From: the human T2T-CHM13v2.0 reference genome, Homo sapiens
DNA length: 64,000 nt
Direction: 5' to 3' (one strand)
NCBI RefSeq assembly: GCF_009914755.1
Contig: NC_060944.1
Positions 54,888 through 64,000 of the stretch are shown here, in pieces. A model generated the notes under the pieces. That model saw only the letters and a list, made by a program, of their open reading frames with translations, had not been told where the DNA came from and searched no databases. The stretch's first letter is position 1; each line of letters starts with the position of its first letter. The position numbers were made by a program, and so were the translations under genes.

Positions 54888-55099
54888 GTGTGTGCAAGTA
54901 TCCTGGGATCTGTGTTGAGTATCCTGAGGTTTGTGTGAATATCTTGGGGTCCATGCAAGTATCTTCGGGTCCAGGCAAGTATCCGGGGTCCATGCAAGTA
55001 TCTTGGGGTCCAGGCAAGTGTCCTGGGGTCTGTGTGAGTATCCTGGGGGGTCTGTGTGAGTATCTTGGGGTCCAGGCAAGTATCCGGGGTCTGTGTGAG
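54888..55099. repeat. ~20-bp minisatellite, about 10 copies
   Basis: Variants of (AGGCA/ATGCA/GTGTG)AGTATC(C/T)TGGGGTC(C/T) in tandem. Confidence 0.92.
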
Positions 55100-55622
55100 C
55101 CTCCTGGTATTGGCACCAGGTGGACCACAGCAGCTATGCCATGCTGAGCTGGTCCAGAATCAGCAGCCCCAAGCTCCAGTCTCTCCTGACTGTGGCCTTC
55201 TTGGTCATCTCCTCACTGGCTGCCTCTCATCTCCACTTTGGGGCCTGTGGTCAGGGAAGAAGCAGGGCCTAACAAGTTTGGGGGTGGGATTGAGAATTTC
55301 AGGGGCTTAAGATGGGCTCCCAGGTCTCCTGCCTGCTGGCGGGGACCCAAAATGCATCCCTCCCTTACTTTCTCCTTCCCTTCCCTTTCTTCCTTTTCTC
55401 CTCCCTTCCTGCCACCTTCCCTTATTTATTCTTCCATCCCTCCCTGCCCCTTTGGAGGTGGCTCTTGTCCAGGTCCTCAGAGAGGGAGGGAGAGGACTCC
55501 AGGTCCCCCCACCCACAACAGAGGGCAGAGTGTGATGAAAGCCCTGAGTGTCCCTTGGGGCAGGTGGGAAGTGAAGGCAGAGCCACTAAGCTGTGACACC
55601 TCCTCCCCCTGCAGGTTCCTAG

Positions 55623-55901
<279 letters not shown>

Positions 55902-56555
55902 TAATTCCCGGCTCTGCCTGAAATCTCATTATTTTAACTTCTGGGATAAATGTTCCATCATGCATCCTGCCTGGGCATTTTCCAGAAGCTTCCTTCGCTC
56001 CTCGTGGCAGCCCTCTGAGGCGGGCATGGTAGGGCCCTGACTTTCACTTGTGGAGAATGCTGGCTTGCTTCTGACCTAGTGCTCACAGTGTTTAGGAGGG
56101 AGTGGACACCCAAGCTCTCTTGGTACTGAGTGGGCAAGTTTCTATTTCACAAGAAGTGAAATTCTTCTGCAAGGTCCTAGTAGTTGTTAACTTTTTGTGA
56201 ATACTAATTGTGAATTAGTATAACATGACTGAGAGCTAGCCCTGGAGCAGTAGGATCCTGGGTTAGCAGAGATGAAAGGGGATTTTGGGCCTCCATGTGT
56301 GTGATGGGCAGGTCTTGGGATTATCTGGGAAGTGGATCTGTCTAGGTTGCAGAGCAATGAGGACCCTGGAGAAAGCAGCCAGGTAAGAGACTTGCCCTAG
56401 GGGTGGGCAGACTTTGCCAGGGATCTCAGAGAATGGGAAAATTGCCCGAAATCCCTAGGTCAGGGCTTCCCAACTGGGGGGGGAGGGGGTGGGGGGGGAT
56501 GGTTTCTGACCATTGAGGGGTTGGGTGGGTAGAAACCATGAAAATGACCCAGTGA

Positions 56556-56862
<307 letters not shown>

Positions 56863-57904
56863 TCTTGTAGAAACTTTGATCACCTTAAGTGTCTTCCCCT
56901 ACAGCATTTCCTGCAAGGCATACCTAAAGTTGTCCCTTTTCCCCAGCACACACAAGAGTGTCTTCAGGGAAACAGACTCCACCTTCTCATGGGAGGAATG
57001 GCAAAGTCAGGTTGCAAAGGGGTGTGTGTACAAAGATAGGAGGAATCATTGTGACTATCTTGGCAAAAAGTGTACCACATATATCTTGAAGCAGGCCTGC
57101 AAAAACAAAACGAAACACCCCCCAAAATTTCTATTTTCCTTTCATTGTTTCGGCTTCCCTGGGAGCTAGGTAGGGATGGGGAGGAATGGGAGAAGGAGAC
57201 AGTTTCTGCAGCATCAGAAGAAGAAACTGAGGCCCAGGCACAGAGGCAACTTGCCTCAGAGTATATGATGCCTTGGCTGGGGATGGGGTAGTAGACCTAG
57301 TTCCCAGGCCATCCCAACTTGGACCCACGAGATGTCCCCTGCCCCAGTCCGGCTCTCAGGGTTTTTTGTACTGTGTCAAAGGATGTAGAGGGCTTCACTT
57401 TCCCTGGAAATGTGCTTTAGATTGCTTTTTGGGGGAATCTTGCAAACTGGGATGTTTGGACTTCTCTCCTGCCCTATGCTGAATTTGGAGGGAGCCATTT
57501 TCTGTCTGGGAAATGCTTTAGATCTTGGAGCCACTGGAGATGTTGAAGAATTGAAAAAGGCCAGGTGGGGACCCTCAGGTACCCACAGTGCTTCTCCCCG
57601 GTGAGGAGGCACCAGTGAGGAAGTGGGGTCTGATATCTGGTGTTACCTGAGAAAAAGGTGGGACGGAAAAAGAAGAGCCTTCTAACTGGTCCAGTAAGGC
57701 CACTCTGGGACAAATCACAGAGTCATCCAAGGTGGCAGTTATCTTAGCTATAAGGTGGTTTTCAGTGGGAACTTTTCACTGAGGACCTTCGTTGGTTGCC
57801 AGCAGTGGAAGTTCAAGCTCTTTCCTGCCCTGTTGTAGGGTGGAAAGACCCTCTTGGAGGAAGGAGGGGGAAGCAGTGCTGGCCCTCTCTGGAGAAGTCC
57901 CTAA

Positions 57905-58189
<285 letters not shown>

Positions 58190-58479
58190 TAAGGGCATGG
58201 GGAGACCTGGGAGGTCTGTGATTCTGGTCGTGTCTCTGCACACTCCCTGGGCCTTGCATTTGGAAAACCAGGATAATGTGAGGGTAAAATGAAGATATTC
58301 AGTGGGATAGAACTGATTTTTATATATTGATTTGTTACCTTGCTAAATTATTCTTAATTCTAATAATACATCTATTATGTTAATTGTATTAATTTATATT
58401 CTAATAATATTTTGGAATTTATGTATATAACTCTACACAAAAAATGAGAATTTTGTCTTTTTTTCCTTTCTAGTCATTA

Positions 58480-58985
<506 letters not shown>

Positions 58986-59174
58986 GACAGTTTTATTTTT
59001 TTCTTGCCTTATTGCACTGGTTAGTATCTCAGTGCAGTGTTGGATAGAAGTGGCAATGGCACACATCCTTGTTTTATTCAGATTTTTAAAAAATTATTAA
59101 TATTGTTAGTATTCTTTAGCTGTGTGAACTGCACCGAACAAGCAAAGTAATGTGTAGGCCCTGTCATCTGATAG

Positions 59175-59594
<420 letters not shown>

Positions 59595-60224
59595 TGAGAA
59601 AGGAGACATGACCCTTGCTTTGGGGTGGTCCCTGCTCTATGGAGGACAGGCACACTTGGTGTCATGTGTGTGCACCAACAAGGTACGTTGTGTTGTGCAT
59701 TCTCACTCATGGGCAAAGAGACTGAATTGTTAATGGGTCAAATAAGAACTAGTATTCTTCAAAACAGACCTTTCTTTTCTGCTGGAAATCAGCCCCAGCC
59801 TGATTCCCAGGTTATTGTGAGTGATTCAAACATGGATGCCTCTTGAAAATGACTTTCGGGGCCCGTGGTTTGTTCTTTTAAATGTCGTTAAAAGTAGATC
59901 ATCATCAAATTCTGCTGGTGGGTTTGATTTTTGAAAGTCAAGAGAGTGCGTTGTGGATATGGAGTGGATATGGTGGATTATCTGGGTGGTGATGTTTTGA
60001 GTCAAAAGGATAAGGCGTAACCCTGATGTCAAGATTTCTTTGTGTGGCTTTTAACCAATCCTAGAGGCCATTCTGAGGAGGGGTGCTCTAAGCACGTGAA
60101 ACCTTGCCTCAGTGTGGCTTCATAATAAGTATGCAGCCCCCAAAGATGATGACGTTGAAGAGCCACTCATCTGAATGTATTTTATTTATTAACAAATACA
60201 TGAGTTTGTGCAATAGTATCATCT

Positions 60225-60435
60225 AGAGCTTAGTTTCTGGAGTAAGACTGCCTTGACCAAATACCAGTTCTACCATTTATTAGCTGTGGAATCTTGAGCA
60301 GGTTATTGAGCCTCTCTGAGCCTTACTTTCCTCTTCTGTAAAATGGGCATGGTGGTACTTACCTCATAGTATTATGAGGATTGAATGAGAACCAATGATA
60401 AGTGCTTAATGAGAATTGGGGTGAGTATTATTAGC
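60225..60435 (+). mobile_element. MIR
   Basis: ctctctgagccttactttcctcttctgtaaaatggg core. Confidence 0.75.
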
Positions 60436-62353
60436 TGTCACAGACCTGTCCGATTTTCCTTGGGTCACATTGGGAAGGTGTCGAATAACCCAGGAGAGGA
60501 GACTGTGCCATGTGATACACCCATGTTCGGTGAAGGCTGCCCTCGTTGGTGGCTGATGCAAAGAGTCATGTCGATGGACTAAATTCATTACTCCTCAGCT
60601 GGGCATTTTGGCCTCTAGTTAACATAAGCTAAGGACTGGCTACCAGGTTGCTTATCGCCCAAGGGAAAAACCCAGGGAGGAGGCAAATTGAAAGCCTGAC
60701 CCTTGGCAGTGGTCCTGGGTGAAGAATTTGCTGAGGACTCCAGCTAAGGCTCACCACTCAGCATCTCCTGATTGCAGGGAGGCAAGATGAAACAATTTCC
60801 CTCACTTTCTTCTTTATAATTTAGTCTCCAGAGATAAGTTTAATTCATGTCTGTGTCTCAGGTGGAGGCCTTCCCCTTGAGTGAGATGTTGGTGGTGGCG
60901 GGTGGTGGACATCACTGTGCTTTGCCATCTTCCTTCACCCTGTGGCCCCAGGGCCTAGCCCAGGGCTGGGGGACAGGGCAGACACCATTCCCAGACATGT
61001 GTGCTGACCACACTCACTTTAGGAAGGGAAACAAACCATTCATCAGCTCAGCCACAGGGGCTCGACCAAGGAGCCTCCATTAGCTGGTGTCCTGGGAATG
61101 ACAGCTGTGGGCATGTGATCCTGCCGCCTTCTTGCTCACGGCCCTCCAGCGATGCCAGGGCCTTGGATCAAGTCCAGAGTCCTTGGAATAACTCTCAGTC
61201 CTTTATGCCCTGGACCCTGCCTGCCCTTCCAAAGTCGGCTCTCAGATCCTCTCTCCTTGCTGCCCCCTCCAGCAAAACCAAACCCCTTCAGGATTCCTGA
61301 CTGCTTCTCCATCTTTGAGGTTGCTGTTCCCTCTGCCTGAAATGCTTTTCTTCTCCCTTTCCTCTCCACCCTGGCTGTCTCTCAGCTGCCCAGGGTTGTC
61401 TGCGTTGACCTCACAGCCCCGGGTTCTTTCCTATCATGGCAGCCCAATCGTGGACTGTCTCCCCAGCTGGAGTGAGGGGAGGGGCAGGGACTGTTTCGCC
61501 CACATTACAAGCTGTGTCCTGCACAGAGCCCGGTAAATGTTGAGTAAATGTTGCTTCTGGGGATCCCTGGACTGGCTTACTTCCTTCAGGGAGCTCTGCC
61601 CAGTGCTTAGTGGGGACTGTATATGAGACAGGCACGAGGGTCGGGCGGGCAGTCAGACCCCTTTTCAAGTGACTGATCGTCGTTATCTGTTGATGAGGTG
61701 TGGGCTGGAGTTCTTGCTGAAACGTGCCCGTGAAATGCATCTCCCTTCCTTGGCACACTGGGGCCTCCTGAGACCCTGGCTTTTGTGTTCCTGTCTTCCC
61801 CACTGCGTCTCAGCTTCCTTACTCGTGGCTGAGGCCTGAAGCAAAGGGGGTGCTTTGTACGGAGCTGCACAGGCCCAGGGAGGTGTCTCCAGTCGTCAGG
61901 GGCCCTTCTGCTGGCCAGGCCACAGCTCCAGACTGCCCTCTTGGGAGCGGGCAAAGCAGACACACTTGGGCAGGGGTGGCAGGGAAAGTGCACGTATCGT
62001 TCTTGGAACAGGTAAATGTGTGCAAATGCCCATCCTCCAGTGGGAGGTGGAGCCCATGGAGGCCCATGCAGAGTCCATGAGGGGTGGCTTCTTTCCCACA
62101 GACTGTATGGGCACCAAATGTTTCACATTGTCCTAAGTGAGGGCCCAGCAAGAAAACCTCCGGGGCTTATCCCACCTCCCCGACAGGCCGGAGGCGAGGA
62201 GGTGGCTGCCCGGGGCCTTGGCTGTTGGTGCAGCATTGAGTGCAACATCGGATCCCTAAGGGACAGAGACCAGGGGCTCAGTGCATCCAGGGGACACCTG
62301 GGAACTGGTGGGTTTGGGTTGGGGGCCTTCTGTTTGAGATGGAGGTGCGATGA

Positions 62354-63602
<1,249 letters not shown>

Positions 63603-64000
63603 TGACAGTTTAGAACTTGACACACTCAGAATTATGGGCGCTGTGTCTCTTCCCCCTTTCTAAAGGCTGATGGTAAAACACTCAGAGATCACCGCCCATT
63701 GTGCTCTGTTGCTAAGAGCTGGATTTGCCTTTTACTCTCTGAGTCTTTCAGCTCAACATTTTTCACCCACTATTCCAGGAGGACCTCACGAGAACCCCCG
63801 ATATTAGGCGGGGAAACATGATTATGTGTCATGTGTTTTCAGATAGATAGGAAAAGTAAGGTGGAGCGTTTTGCCGGGGGTCACAGGAGGCGCTGAGTGG
63901 GTACACAGCTCGAGCCCCAGCCTCCCTCCTTCCTCTTCTATCCTCCGTGCCTACCCCTGGCAGTCTGGTCCTCCCGGAGCCCTGGAGGTGGGGTGGGGGG

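Noticed and set aside
54374-55147. Repetitive ORFs of 111-207 aa
   Set aside because: Products of the 20-bp minisatellite

Overview
Human (primate) genomic DNA containing the 5' part of SMOX (spermine oxidase, an FAD-dependent polyamine oxidase) on the + strand. It has a CpG-island promoter and non-coding exon 1 (~29.4-29.56 kb), a 26-kb first intron, and coding exons at 55641-55848, 57936-58162, 62387-62560 and 62673-63432. These splice in frame to give codons 1-456; the 3' exons lie beyond the window. The first 29 kb is repeat-dense (about 35 Alu-derived elements, L1, L2, MIR, MaLR/ERVL LTRs, MER DNA transposons) and includes a near-consensus AluYb8 inside an L1PA. Almost all other ORFs in the track are Alu-, L1- or GC-derived artefacts. 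I found no new multi-gene system. The most interesting signals are regulatory: an in-frame 159-nt exitron in exon 5, non-AUG uORFs in the spliced leader, a strong 5' splice site just upstream of the start codon, uniformly antisense Alus inside the gene, an intragenic CpG island with CTCF/UPRE motifs, and AP-1/NF-kB motif clusters. Repeat subfamily names and boundaries were assigned by eye and are approximate.
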